Assembly: GCA_964649085.1 (NCBI GenBank)
Contig: CAZYPN010000042.1
Span: 1 to 59,700, forward strand
Direction: 5' to 3'
From: an uncultured Burkholderiales bacterium
Lineage (GTDB): Bacteria; Vulcanimicrobiota; Xenobia; Xenobiales; JADMJV01
Length of the DNA: 59,700 nucleotides
Position 1 is the stretch's first letter. Every line of letters starts with the position of its first letter. Below are positions 17,667-27,418 of this stretch, piece by piece. A model generated the notes under the pieces. That model saw nothing but the letters and a program-made list of their open reading frames with translations. It was not told the origin of the DNA and did no database searches. Both the position numbers and the translations under genes were made by a program.

Positions 17667-19870
17667 AGGGCCAGGCGGCAGCGGTGATACAGTTCCAGCA
17701 GCGAGGTCAATGGCTCCAATCCTAGCTCCTGGCGCAGCAACTTTTCGCAGAGTTGAAACTGGCGCAGCCCCGCTTCAGGTTGGCCCAGGGCCAGGTAGGC
17801 ACGGATTTTCAAAGCATGCAGCTCTTGCCTCAAAGGATCGATGTCCAGCCCCTGGCCTGCCGTTTCCAGGGTCTGGCGAGGTTCAAGCTCGAGTTGTCTG
17901 GCGGCCAGCTCCTGGAGGGCCTGCAACATGCGCTCTTCCCACTGGTGGCGAAGGCGCACGGCCCAGTCCAGATAGCAGCCCTGAAGAAAGGGACCCCGGT
18001 ATAGCGACAGAAGGCTGTCGCGCTGGGGCAGTGCCCAATGCTTCTCCAGTTCGCGGGCGTCGCACCAGACTTCCAGCTGGCTATCGAGTCGCAGCATCGA
18101 GCCCTCGCGCAGCAGCAACTCTCCTGGGCGTGAATCATCCTGGCGCAGCGCTCGCCGGATCGAGGTGGTGGCAGCATAGACGCTGCTCTTGCCGGCGTCA
18201 CGGGCCTCGGGCCAGAACTCTTCCACCAGCTCGTCCTCGCTGACCGGGCCTTGACGCAGGGCCAGATAGGCCAGCACAAACCGGGCCTTTTGAGTCTTGA
18301 AACGACGGTCGTCCAGGCGGCTTCCATTGAGGAAGATCTCCAGTGCGCCGAAGCAATGAATCCGCAGATAGACCCTGGGTACCCCGCCGCTGTGCAGGGG
18401 ACGACAACGGGCTGCCTTCTCCCCCAGTGCTTCCAGCAGAGTGGGTGAGATCAGATGGGGCGCCGCCTCCCACGAGCTGAGCAGGACCTCCAGCCCGGCC
18501 GTCTCCGACTGCAGCGCCCGGGCACTGTGACCGGGAAACTCTCCGGCCAGCGAGCACCAGGGGGCGGCGGGGCCCAGATCGGGTGCCACCCGCCACAGGG
18601 CTCCGATCAGCCAGTCGGCCTCCTCTTCCAGCAGAAAGCGCCGCGAGGGGTCGAGCACATAGCGGGCCGCCTCGGCCGAACTCTCGTCGGGGTCGCCGGC
18701 CAGCCGGGCCAGAGCCCAGAGCTCCGGTTCGCCCTGGCTGCGGCTGTCGTGCTCCAGCTGTTTCAAATAGGCCCTGGCCGAAGTGTGGGCGCTCTCGAGC
18801 AACAGACGGGCAATGCTCCAGCGGGCTCGCAGCGAGGCCCGGAGGCTGAGCCGGCGGTGCTGCTGTTCGGCCTCTTTGAGCTGCTCATACCAGCCCTCGC
18901 TGCCCGCTTTCCAGCCGCAGCGAGCCTCGCCCACCAGCGCTCGCTGTCGCAATAAAGAACCGTCCTGGCTGTGCTGGCGCAGGCGCTGGTAGGCCAGCGC
19001 CGCTTCCTGCCAGAGCTGGCGAGCCTCAAGGGTCTGGGCCAGCCCCAGCAATGGCAGCACTGCCGAGCGCTGCTCATCTTCCAGAGCCTGGGTTGCCACC
19101 AGACGAGCCGCTTCGCTGAGATCCCACTGATGTTCGTCGAGCAACTGACGAAGCTGCTCGTCGAGGGGGTCGGGATAGCTTCCCTCGTCTGGTGGATTGA
19201 CCAACCAGGCTGCCACCTTGAGGACTTGCTCTTCCAGCGGTTCCAACTGGCGCAAGGGGCCCAGCGCCAGCCGGTCCTGGCGGGCCAACCCATCGGGTAT
19301 GCTGGCCCAGCTCAGGTGGGCGGCCATTTCCAGCTGGCGGCAGCGAGCAAAAGGCAGTTCCAGGCGGCGCGCCAGATAGAAGGCCAGCAGCCCGGCTTCC
19401 AGCGCGTCACTGGCCAGCGAACGCGCCGATTCCTGGGCCAGCCAGCGCAGCGACTGCACCAGCCCGGAGAGTTGCTGGCGGCGAGCCTCTTCGCGCTGAC
19501 GGCTTTGCAGAATCTGGCGCACGCGCAGCAAAAGGTCGTGCAGCGAGAAGGGCTTTTTGAGATAGCCTCCCACATTGAGCTGCAGGGCTCTCAGGGTTTC
19601 CGCTTCGGTAGTGTAGCCCGATACTACCAGGCTCTCCAATTCGGGTTGCAGGTCTCGGGCCTGGCGAAGCGCCTCAAGGCCGTCCAGACCGGCCATGCGC
19701 ACGTCGGTCACCAACAGATCGTAGTCTTGCTGGGAAACCCGCTGCACCGCCTCCTCGCCGCTGGCAACCGCCTCGACAAAGTGCCCCTCATCGCCAAGCA
19801 CTTCGGCCAGCATCGTGCGCAGGTCGACATCATCTTCCAATATCAGGATGCGACGGCGTAAGGAACTCAT
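17663..19870 (-). CDS. response regulator: N-terminal receiver + central helical repeat region + C-terminal SARP-type winged-helix/BTAD
   Basis: REC motifs (ILILEDD...DLLVTDVRMAGLDG...KKPF); C-terminal IHCFGALEIFLNGSRLDD...FVLAYLALRQGPVSEDELVEEFWPE (OmpR-type wHTH) followed by a BTAD-like region (YLDWAVRLRHQWEERMLQAL...LALGQPEAGLRQFQ). Confidence 0.75.
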   Translation of the reverse strand: MSSLRRRILILEDDVDLRTMLAEVLGDEGHFVEAVASGEEAVQRVSQQDYDLLVTDVRMAGLDGLEALRQARDLQPELESLVVSGYTTEAETLRALQLNVGGYLKKPFSLHDLLLRVRQILQSRQREEARRQQLSGLVQSLRWLAQESARSLASDALEAGLLAFYLARRLELPFARCRQLEMAAHLSWASIPDGLARQDRLALGPLRQLEPLEEQVLKVAAWLVNPPDEGSYPDPLDEQLRQLLDEHQWDLSEAARLVATQALEDEQRSAVLPLLGLAQTLEARQLWQEAALAYQRLRQHSQDGSLLRQRALVGEARCGWKAGSEGWYEQLKEAEQQHRRLSLRASLRARWSIARLLLESAHTSARAYLKQLEHDSRSQGEPELWALARLAGDPDESSAEAARYVLDPSRRFLLEEEADWLIGALWRVAPDLGPAAPWCSLAGEFPGHSARALQSETAGLEVLLSSWEAAPHLISPTLLEALGEKAARCRPLHSGGVPRVYLRIHCFGALEIFLNGSRLDDRRFKTQKARFVLAYLALRQGPVSEDELVEEFWPEARDAGKSSVYAATTSIRRALRQDDSRPGELLLREGSMLRLDSQLEVWCDARELEKHWALPQRDSLLSLYRGPFLQGCYLDWAVRLRHQWEERMLQALQELAARQLELEPRQTLETAGQGLDIDPLRQELHALKIRAYLALGQPEAGLRQFQLCEKLLRQELGLEPLTSLLELYHRCRLAL

Positions 19871-19894
19871 GCGGGGCTCGCGAAGCCGCAGCCG

Positions 19895-22138
19895 GTGAAA
19901 TCGCTCTCTCGGGCTTTAACCCTGTCCACGGTGACGCTCACGCTGGCTCAGCTTTTTCTCTTTGCTCCCCGAGAACCTGCCTGGCCCGAACTGCTGCTGT
20001 GGGCTCTGGGCGCCGGGTTCTTGGAACGTTCCACGCGCAGTTTGCCGGGCTGGAGTTGGGGACGTTTTTCCCTGCAATTGCCCTGGTTGCTGGTGGTGCT
20101 GGTGGATCCGGGCAAGCCCTCGGCCCTGCCCTTGCTGGCCCTGCTGTCGCTGGCCTTGGTGTTGCGCCCGTGGTCGCACCCGCGACAGGAATTGCTGGCC
20201 GATCTCTGGGCCGCCCAGTGGCTGGCTCCCGGCTTGTTGCTCGGGCGCAGCCAGCCCCTGTGGTTGGTCTGGCCGTTGATCAGCCTGTTGGCCTTGCTCA
20301 CTCAAACCCGGGTCTTGCGCCAACTGGCCTCAACCCAGCCCGGGCGGGCCACCTGGATGCGCCTGGAACTGAACCTGATAGGTCAGCGCTGGGCGGCCTG
20401 GTGGGTGGCCAGTGCCGGGCTGTGGGTCAGTGGTCCTCTGTTGCTGAAGCTGCTCTGGCTGCCGGGGCTGCTGGGGCTGGCCTGGGGCGTGCAGAATGCT
20501 GCTTTCCGCTTGCAGGCCGAAAGCTTTGAACGCTTGCAGAACGATCTGAGGCGGGCCTTGCTCGATCGTGAGGCCTGGCAACGCAACGCCCGCCTGCTCG
20601 AGCAGTTGCATCAGCTGGCTCTGGGTCTCTCGGCTGCCGAGCGTCCCGAGCAGCTGTTGGAGCCCCTGCACCATTATTTTCCGCTGCGCAGCCTGGCGCT
20701 TTTCGGCCCCGATCAGCAGCCCCTGGCCGTGCGTTCACCCCAGACCCAGCTGCTCGAGAACCTCTGGCAATGGGGCGGTCACCTGGAACTTCGGGAAACC
20801 CGTGGGCCTCGCGTGCTGACCCCAGCCTGGCTCGAGCTGGAACCCCAGGCCTTGTTGCTTCCCTGTGGTGGGGGCTGGCTCTACCTGGGTCAGGAGGCGG
20901 GCGGCTGGAGCCAGGATGATTTCACCCGACTGGCTCCCGCTGTCCAGCGGGTGGCTCACCGCCTGCAGGAGTTGCTGGGGCAGCAGGGGGTGGATCAACA
21001 GCTGCTCGACAGTCACCAGCACGGCCAGCAGCTGCAGCAGACCATCGCATCGCAACAGTTCTTGCTGCACTGTGCCGAACGCCTGCTGCATCCGGTGGAG
21101 GGCGAGGCTCTCTGGGGCGAACTGGAGGGTTGCCTGAGTCAGGTTCTGTCACTGCAGTCTCTGTGCTGGATCCAGGCCGACCAGTTGCGAGCCCGGCGGG
21201 GGGCTTTGCCTCCGCAGCAGGCCCGGGGCTGGCTCTCGGGTCTGGGCCCTGGCACGGCCTACCTGGCCCGGGCCGACCGACCCCGCTGGCCTCAGGCTTT
21301 AGGAGACTATCCGGGAGTTGATAACCTGGTGGTCTTGGGGCTGGGGACGGAAGGCCACCTGTGGATCGGTTTCGCCGGTGACTTCACCCTTGAGCCCCAG
21401 CAGCTGCGGGCTTTGCAGGGCCTGGGCAACCTTTTTTCGGGGGCGGCCCAGAGGCTGCGCCTCATTCAGCAGTTGGAAGAATCGCGCCAGCTCTGGCTGA
21501 ATACCCAGAAGAGCCTGGGGCAGGCCCAGCTCGCGGCCGGTTTGGCCCACGAGTTGAACAGCCCCCTGGCGGCGGTCCAGCTGGCTCTCGAGGCCACCTT
21601 GCTGCGCTCGCCCAGCGAACGCCTCAACACCGCCCTCGACGCCTGCCAGCGCGCGCGCTCCATTCTGGAGCGTCTGCAACTGGTGACGCGGGAGCACCAG
21701 GAGGCCGCGCAGCATCAGGACCTCGTTCAAGTGTTGCGTTCGCTGGTCGAGCAGCTGCCCCAGCGCCCCGAGCCGCTGGCCTGGAGCGGCCCGGATTCGC
21801 TGCTGGTGGCGGCCCCTCGTCCGCTGCTCGAACAGGCGCTGCTGCCCCTGCTGACCAATGCCCTCGAGGCCGGCGGAGGCATGCAGCTGAGCTGGGGAGT
21901 GCAGGAAGACGGCCATGCCTGGGTTCGGGTAGCCGACGGCGGAGCCGGCATTCCGCTCGAGATCCGCTCGCGACTGGGCCAGTTTTTCTTCACCACCAAG
22001 GCTCTGGGACGCCACCTGGGGTTGGGGCTGGCCAGCCTGGATCAGGCCTGTCGACAGTTGGGTGGCAGCTGGCACATCGAATCACCGCCCCAGGGGGCCT
22101 GCCTGCGGCTGTGCCTTCCCACCCAGAGTGGCGGTTAA
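19895..22138 (+). CDS. sensor histidine kinase, polytopic membrane N-terminus
   Basis: GTG start; Trp/Leu-rich TM region; H-box LAHELNSPLAAVQLALEA; HATPase_c motifs (GGAGIPLEIRSRLGQFFFTTK...GLGLASLDQ); divergent from the REC-SARP regulator. Confidence 0.75.
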   Translation: MKSLSRALTLSTVTLTLAQLFLFAPREPAWPELLLWALGAGFLERSTRSLPGWSWGRFSLQLPWLLVVLVDPGKPSALPLLALLSLALVLRPWSHPRQELLADLWAAQWLAPGLLLGRSQPLWLVWPLISLLALLTQTRVLRQLASTQPGRATWMRLELNLIGQRWAAWWVASAGLWVSGPLLLKLLWLPGLLGLAWGVQNAAFRLQAESFERLQNDLRRALLDREAWQRNARLLEQLHQLALGLSAAERPEQLLEPLHHYFPLRSLALFGPDQQPLAVRSPQTQLLENLWQWGGHLELRETRGPRVLTPAWLELEPQALLLPCGGGWLYLGQEAGGWSQDDFTRLAPAVQRVAHRLQELLGQQGVDQQLLDSHQHGQQLQQTIASQQFLLHCAERLLHPVEGEALWGELEGCLSQVLSLQSLCWIQADQLRARRGALPPQQARGWLSGLGPGTAYLARADRPRWPQALGDYPGVDNLVVLGLGTEGHLWIGFAGDFTLEPQQLRALQGLGNLFSGAAQRLRLIQQLEESRQLWLNTQKSLGQAQLAAGLAHELNSPLAAVQLALEATLLRSPSERLNTALDACQRARSILERLQLVTREHQEAAQHQDLVQVLRSLVEQLPQRPEPLAWSGPDSLLVAAPRPLLEQALLPLLTNALEAGGGMQLSWGVQEDGHAWVRVADGGAGIPLEIRSRLGQFFFTTKALGRHLGLGLASLDQACRQLGGSWHIESPPQGACLRLCLPTQSGG

Positions 22139-22711
22139 CTGACGCTGTGCCTGGTAGGCCTGCAGGGCAAAGCCTACTCCCGGAGTGCCCGCCCCTTGTT
22201 TCAGTGCCTGGCGCAGTCGCCGCATGGCCGCTCGCGTTCCCGGATTGCCGATGCGGGGTAGCTTACGCTGCAAGGCCAGTTGGGTTTGGGCCGAAATCAC
22301 CTGAGCGGCCTTCTGGTCGAGCATCGACACCTGGGCCAGTCCGGCTGCGGCCGCCGCTCCGCCCATGCCCATACTGGCCCGAGGCAGCCTTTGCTGGTGT
22401 TGCAGGGCCTGCACCAGGGCGTCGATCAGGGCTTCGGCCTGAGCGTCCAGCGCCCGCATCTGCATGGGGCCGGGCAGCGGCGAGCCCACTCCGCCTACCG
22501 GAGGGGTGGTTCGCTGGTGAAATCGCCGCACCCCCTCGTGGATCTGGCCAGCGATGCGCATGTCCTCGCGGGCTTCGTCGGAGAGCGTCACCCCATCTCC
22601 ACCCTCTCGACTGGGGCCGGGCTTTGGGGTTGCCGCGGCGGCGGCCGATTGAACCGCGCCTCTCACCGTCGACCCGATTGTTGAGAACACGCCTTGAAGA
22701 GAGAAAGCCAT
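22082..22711 (-). CDS. hypothetical Ala/Gln-rich protein downstream of the pseudopilin operon
   Basis: 209-aa ORF; overlaps the 3' end of the kinase gene on the opposite strand; composition more protein-like than the competing + ORF; weak. Confidence 0.3.
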   Translation of the reverse strand: MAFSLQGVFSTIGSTVRGAVQSAAAAATPKPGPSREGGDGVTLSDEAREDMRIAGQIHEGVRRFHQRTTPPVGGVGSPLPGPMQMRALDAQAEALIDALVQALQHQQRLPRASMGMGGAAAAAGLAQVSMLDQKAAQVISAQTQLALQRKLPRIGNPGTRAAMRRLRQALKQGAGTPGVGFALQAYQAQRQLTATLGGKAQPQAGPLGR

Positions 22712-22819
22712 CGTGAAGTCCTCCTGGAATTTCGCTGAGTTCAGCCTAAGGATGTCGATGGGCGCAGATCGAGAAGGCCGCTGGCTGAATGTGAACCCGA
22801 TGTAACATCGGCTGGAGAT

Positions 22820-23248
22820 TTAGGGCAGGCGGGCTCGTTCGTCGGCAATGCCCAGCCAGCGACTGCCGGGCTTGCGGGGGGGAGTGGACACATCGAACTC
22901 GCCCACCAGCGTCACTCGCGCCCCACCGGGACTGATGCCCCGACTGCTCACCACCAGCACCTGGGCAGGCTCGAGCCGATGTCTCAGGTCGATTTCGACC
23001 TCGAAGGCCCCCTCGCTCATGGCTTCGCGATAAGCGAAACGCACGGTGTTCTCGGCCGAGGGGGGAAAGTTGGGGTCGCGTTCCCACTTCAGCCGCACAT
23101 CTTCCAAACCGGCCTGGGCCAGTAGCCGGGCGCGGGTCCATTCCAGATCACGCGTGGCGGCTCGTCGATAGCCAGCCTGATGGCTCAACATGGCGCCCCC
23201 CAGGATCAGCAGCAGGGTCATTACGGCCAGCACCAGGGGATACAGCAT
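22820..23248 (-). CDS. pseudopilin-like membrane-anchored protein (GspK/minor pilin-like)
   Basis: Start MLYPLVLAVMTLLLILGGAML inside ORF 22820..23317; single N-terminal TM helix, last gene of the pseudopilin operon. Confidence 0.4.
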   Translation of the reverse strand: MLYPLVLAVMTLLLILGGAMLSHQAGYRRAATRDLEWTRARLLAQAGLEDVRLKWERDPNFPPSAENTVRFAYREAMSEGAFEVEIDLRHRLEPAQVLVVSSRGISPGGARVTLVGEFDVSTPPRKPGSRWLGIADERARLP

Positions 23249-23259
23249 GCCCCGACGCT

Positions 23260-24045
23260 TCACGGATTGAGCTCCAGGCTCTGGCTGGCACTGATTTCGC
23301 CGTTGGCGTCGCGGCAACTGACCACCACCCGCATGCGACCGGCGGCGTAGGTGATGGCCAGGTCGGGGCGGTAAAGTCGATGGTAGACCCGCATCTCACG
23401 GTCGTCCCTTGCCAGCGGGCTCTCTAGCGTGCCCATGCCGGGTTGGTGGGTGGAGGCGTCACACTCCACCCGCCAGCTGTAGCAAACCCCCGCGATGTCT
23501 CGCCCTCCTACGTCGAGCGCGCGGGCGCGAAAGTGGGCGAAACCGTCGCGGGCTACCGGGCCCGAGTCGAGTCGCTGCAGCGAAAGCTGGTCGATGTGTA
23601 AGGGCGGCGGGGCCAGGCGACTTTCAAAGCTCACCCGACGTCGCCCGAAGCCCAGCGTGAGCCGGGCATCCACGGCCGACTCCTGCAGCCGACGCGCGCG
23701 GCTACCAAAGTGGTCTTCTAGCGAACTGGAGGGGCTATAGATGACGGCCGCCCTGACCTCGACCAGGGCCTCGAAGCCCGGCAGCGCCACCACCTCGTGG
23801 GCATAACTGCTCCAGTAGTTGCCCCAGCTTTGGCCGCTGGCCGGGAAGCCATCGCGGTAACGTCGCAGGGCCGCGAAAACGTTCTCGGCCTCCAGCGCGG
23901 CCTGGCGATACTGCAGGCTCTCTCGTTGGTAGCGCAGGCACTGCACAAAAGCCTGTCCCACCACCAGTACCCCTGCGGTGAGCAGAAATAGAGCCACCAC
24001 CGCTTCGGCCAAGGATACCCCAGGGACTTTCCCTGGCACCCTCAT
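23260..24045 (-). CDS. prepilin-type pseudopilin
   Basis: ATG at 24045 overlaps the upstream stop (ATGA); MRVPGKVPG|VSLAEAVVALFLL prepilin motif with Glu at +5. Confidence 0.55.
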   Translation of the reverse strand: MRVPGKVPGVSLAEAVVALFLLTAGVLVVGQAFVQCLRYQRESLQYRQAALEAENVFAALRRYRDGFPASGQSWGNYWSSYAHEVVALPGFEALVEVRAAVIYSPSSSLEDHFGSRARRLQESAVDARLTLGFGRRRVSFESRLAPPPLHIDQLSLQRLDSGPVARDGFAHFRARALDVGGRDIAGVCYSWRVECDASTHQPGMGTLESPLARDDREMRVYHRLYRPDLAITYAAGRMRVVVSCRDANGEISASQSLELNP

Positions 24046-25940
24046 CAGCGCCCCCAGGTGGGGTCCCAGTCGCGGGAATTGCCTGGAGTGGACAGGCGCC
24101 GCGCCTGGGTGGAATTGAGGCTTTGCACCCATACCCTTTCGTCGTCCTGGTTGCCGCCAGGGCGGCGCGAGCCGAAGACCAGAAACTCTCCATCGGGCGA
24201 CCAGGCCGGGTCGCTGTTCCAGATACCGCCGGTGACCACAGCAGCCTCGTCTTCCAGTCGGCCATCACCGTCCGGGCTATCCCAGCGATAGCGCGAGACC
24301 CAGATTTCGCCCCGGTTGCGCCGAGTTACGGCCAGCTGTTGGCCATCGGGTGAGAAGCGCGGCTGAATTTCACTTTCGCCGGCCACGGGTCGCAGCGGCC
24401 GATGGCGGGCGCCCGCAAAGATGTATTCGTAGAGGCGCCCACCGCCCGGCTCAACCCGATTGTAGACCAGTCGACTGTTGTCGGGGCTCCAGTCGGTAAA
24501 CCCAAGCTCCTCGATGGGGAAAGTTCCCACCACCTCGACCTGAGGATGGAGCGGGTCGGCATCTATCAGGCACAGCTCGTCACCCACCCCCGCTCGCCGC
24601 CGATTTACGGCGATGCGCGTGCCCAGCGGGTTCCAGACCGGCTCGATAAAGCTGCCCCCGCTCAGCAACACCTGGAGGTGCTGGCCCTGAGCGTCGCCGA
24701 GCAGTAACTGGCCGTTCTTCGCATAGAACATGCGCGTGCCGTCGGGGCTCAGGTGGGGGCGGCCTTCCAGTTGAGGATCGCGGGTCAGGCGGCGAAGCCG
24801 ACTGCCGTCCTGGTTGACCATATACAGGTCGGGCTGGCCGTCGCGCAGCGAACTGAAAAGCACCCGCCCGGTTTTGATAATCTCGACGTCCACCGAGGCT
24901 TCTACTTGCGAAGGAACCTCCCGTCCCAGCCCGTCGCGCACCTGACAGCTAATGGAAATTCGGTCGCCGGGCAGGCTGTCGGAGGGTGCCTGCCATTCCC
25001 AGGTCGATTCGTAGTGCTGCCCGTTCCACACCATGGTGGTAGCCGCCGCCGCCGAGGTGCGCCCTCGCAGCTGGGGTAAGCTCCACAGGCAGGTCAGCGG
25101 CCCGGGTCCGCTGCCCTGGGCTCGCACTCGAAAATGCAGGTAGGCCTCGGGCTCCACCCGGGCCCTTTGGGGCTGGCCATCGTGGGCTTCTAGTTCGGGG
25201 TTTTGCTGGGGCTCCAGGTGAAGTTCCGTAATTCTTAAGGGGGAGATCGTCGAGTCGACGGGTATGGTCATGGGCCCAGGAATGGCCAGGCCCGGACCGG
25301 CCTCGGCTGCGCTTCCCTTGAGGTTGTCGATCGTCAGCCCGCCGGTGGGCATGACCTCCAGGCTGAGGGCCTTGTGGCAACTTTGCAAGCGGGCCACGGG
25401 CCTGCCCTCCAGGCTGGCCGAGACGGCCGTGGCGCCGCGCGCCAGCACGCAGCGATAGCGCCCGCCCCGCTGTGGCCAGTTCAGGCCTACCACTTCGCCC
25501 GAAGGGGTGAAGACCCACATCGGGTAGCCCGACCAGGCTCCGGCCCAGCTCGGAAGGTCGCGGGCTCCCTGGGTCAGTTCTGCGGCCGGGGGCCAGTGCT
25601 CAAACTCGTCAAGCTGGCCACAGAAGGCCACTACATCCGGATAGCCCCGGTGCCAGGGTAGCTGGCGCAGCAGCCGGGCCCGATCGGTGCCTTCCAGCAA
25701 AAAGCAAGAGCGAGCCAACCCCTGTTCATTGGTGGCCCAGGCCAGCGCCGTACAGGTTTCCTGGCTCTGGGCCAGGCTGCGAAGGTGTTGCACCTGTCCG
25801 GCCAGCTCTTCGCCCAGGCTGCGAGGGCCCTGAGAGCTGCGAATGCCCGAAATGCCCCAGGCACCCACAACCAGCAGCAAACTGAGCAAGGTAACGACCA
25901 CCAACGTTTCCAGCAGGGTGAAGGCGGCGCGTCGGCTCAT
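24045..25940 (-). CDS. prepilin-type N-terminal domain protein fused to a TolB-like PD40 beta-propeller
   Basis: MSRRA|AFTLLETLVVVTLLSLLLV prepilin motif; C-terminal 250 aa contain repeated PD40 motifs (HLSPDGTRMFYAKNG; WSPDNSRLVYNRVEPGGGRLY; FSPDGQQLAVTRRNRGEIWV; WSPDGEFLVFGSRRPGG). Confidence 0.65.
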   Translation of the reverse strand: MSRRAAFTLLETLVVVTLLSLLLVVGAWGISGIRSSQGPRSLGEELAGQVQHLRSLAQSQETCTALAWATNEQGLARSCFLLEGTDRARLLRQLPWHRGYPDVVAFCGQLDEFEHWPPAAELTQGARDLPSWAGAWSGYPMWVFTPSGEVVGLNWPQRGGRYRCVLARGATAVSASLEGRPVARLQSCHKALSLEVMPTGGLTIDNLKGSAAEAGPGLAIPGPMTIPVDSTISPLRITELHLEPQQNPELEAHDGQPQRARVEPEAYLHFRVRAQGSGPGPLTCLWSLPQLRGRTSAAAATTMVWNGQHYESTWEWQAPSDSLPGDRISISCQVRDGLGREVPSQVEASVDVEIIKTGRVLFSSLRDGQPDLYMVNQDGSRLRRLTRDPQLEGRPHLSPDGTRMFYAKNGQLLLGDAQGQHLQVLLSGGSFIEPVWNPLGTRIAVNRRRAGVGDELCLIDADPLHPQVEVVGTFPIEELGFTDWSPDNSRLVYNRVEPGGGRLYEYIFAGARHRPLRPVAGESEIQPRFSPDGQQLAVTRRNRGEIWVSRYRWDSPDGDGRLEDEAAVVTGGIWNSDPAWSPDGEFLVFGSRRPGGNQDDERVWVQSLNSTQARRLSTPGNSRDWDPTWGR

Positions 25941-27418
25941 TCGCCAGAGTTCGGCCTGACATCGGCCTTCCCTCGGCGCAGTTTGTGCTGCATTTCTCTC
26001 AGGCTGTTCTCAAAGACCCGACGCAGGGGTTGGTTCACATGCTTGGGACGGACAAAACCGGCCACGGCCCGAGTGGCCGAGCCCGAGAGATAGCCGCCCA
26101 CCACGGCAACCGGCAGCAGAAAGAACTTGCCGCCCACCAGGGCCAGCGCTGCGCAAGCCGCAGCCACGCCGACGGGTAGGCGTTCCGGCAACACCACTCC
26201 GGCCGCCATGCGATCGAGTTCGGCCAGAGGGCGGTCCAGAAAATCGGCCAGTTCCTCCCGCTTTACTTGAATCCAGTCCTGCAGGGCCTGGCCTTCCAGC
26301 AGCCGTTCACCCGTCAGGTCGGTCGGCAGCTCGGGCAGCGAGGCCACCACTTCCAGCCCGCTGCAGCGCCAGATCGACTCGAGGGGCGCCAGGCTGACGC
26401 CCCAGACCACGGGAATCAGACGATCACCGCCCACCCCGGCCATAAAGGCTGCCTGCAGACTTCCGCCTTCGCAGTGCAGGTCGAGATGGTGTGCGCTTTT
26501 ACCCGACCCTACCTGACCCGCAAGCTTGAGCCCCGGCAGGGGGCTCGGGCCAGCCCTCAGATGGCTGCGGTAGGGCACCTCGACCAGTTCTGGAAAGCAG
26601 CTCTTCATCCAGGGCAGCGAGTCGTCGACGCCGATACGGGCTCGCGACTCGATGCGGTTGCCAGCCGATTGGTCACAGAGCGGGCGCAGCAACATGCCGC
26701 GCGAGGCCAGGTCGGCGCCACTGATGTAGAGGTCGGCCAGAACCTGGTCCTGAAATGGTCTCGTGGAATAGACTCCTGAAGCACTGGGTACGACCCAGCC
26801 CCGCAGGCGCAGGTCGCCCTGCACAATGAAGGGCCCCAGGCTGCGTCTCACCAGCGTGACGGGGAACGGGCAAAAGCGCAGGCGGGAGCCGAGATATTCG
26901 GCGTCCAGCTGTAGGGAACGCGGCTTCTCCAGTTCCCAGGTCAATTTGTGGTCGGCCTGGATCTGGCGGTGCACCCTCAGCTGACATTCTTCGCCATCGG
27001 TGGGAACACCCAGCAGTTGACGTGGCTCATCGCCTTCCCAATGGGCCATCCAGAGCTGCTGGCCGCCGACGCCCAGCGCACCCACCACCGCGCGACAGTA
27101 ATAGGGCTGCCAGTGTTCGGGGCCGGCCGGCTTGAGCAGGTGGCTCTCCAGATCGCCCATCGCGCTCTCGAGGTCGACGGGGCCCGCAGGCAGCTCCAGC
27201 GACATCAGCAGGTGGGTGCCAAAATCCTGAATCGTCATCGAGCGTGCCCCCAACACGCATCCGGCCTGTACCAGCGAAAGCACGAAGCCACAATCGTGCT
27301 GGCGACCAAAGCGCCCCAACTTGGGCAGTGCTTCGGCCAGGTCGATGGAGAACTGACCTTTAGAGTGAAAGCAGCCCTCCTGATACTCGCGCTGTAAGTA
27401 GTCGTCGACCTCGGCCAT
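25937..27418 (-). CDS. hypothetical bitopic protein, first gene of the pseudopilin operon (possible GspL/PilM-N-like assembly component)
   Basis: 493 aa, ATG at 27418; C-terminal TM segment (LPVGVAAACAALALVGGKFFLLPVAVVGG); stop overlaps the next start; functional call is inference from context only. Confidence 0.4.
   Translation of the reverse strand: MAEVDDYLQREYQEGCFHSKGQFSIDLAEALPKLGRFGRQHDCGFVLSLVQAGCVLGARSMTIQDFGTHLLMSLELPAGPVDLESAMGDLESHLLKPAGPEHWQPYYCRAVVGALGVGGQQLWMAHWEGDEPRQLLGVPTDGEECQLRVHRQIQADHKLTWELEKPRSLQLDAEYLGSRLRFCPFPVTLVRRSLGPFIVQGDLRLRGWVVPSASGVYSTRPFQDQVLADLYISGADLASRGMLLRPLCDQSAGNRIESRARIGVDDSLPWMKSCFPELVEVPYRSHLRAGPSPLPGLKLAGQVGSGKSAHHLDLHCEGGSLQAAFMAGVGGDRLIPVVWGVSLAPLESIWRCSGLEVVASLPELPTDLTGERLLEGQALQDWIQVKREELADFLDRPLAELDRMAAGVVLPERLPVGVAAACAALALVGGKFFLLPVAVVGGYLSGSATRAVAGFVRPKHVNQPLRRVFENSLREMQHKLRRGKADVRPNSGE

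Noticed and set aside
18971-19861. 296-aa plus-strand ORF (also 18455..18955)
   Set aside because: Antisense to the REC-SARP regulator gene; no motifs.
21299-22075. 258-aa minus-strand ORF
   Set aside because: Antisense to the histidine-kinase gene.
22111-22716. 201-aa Pro/Arg-rich plus-strand ORF
   Set aside because: Composition typical of a wrong-frame high-GC artefact; the competing minus-strand ORF is more protein-like, though itself weak.
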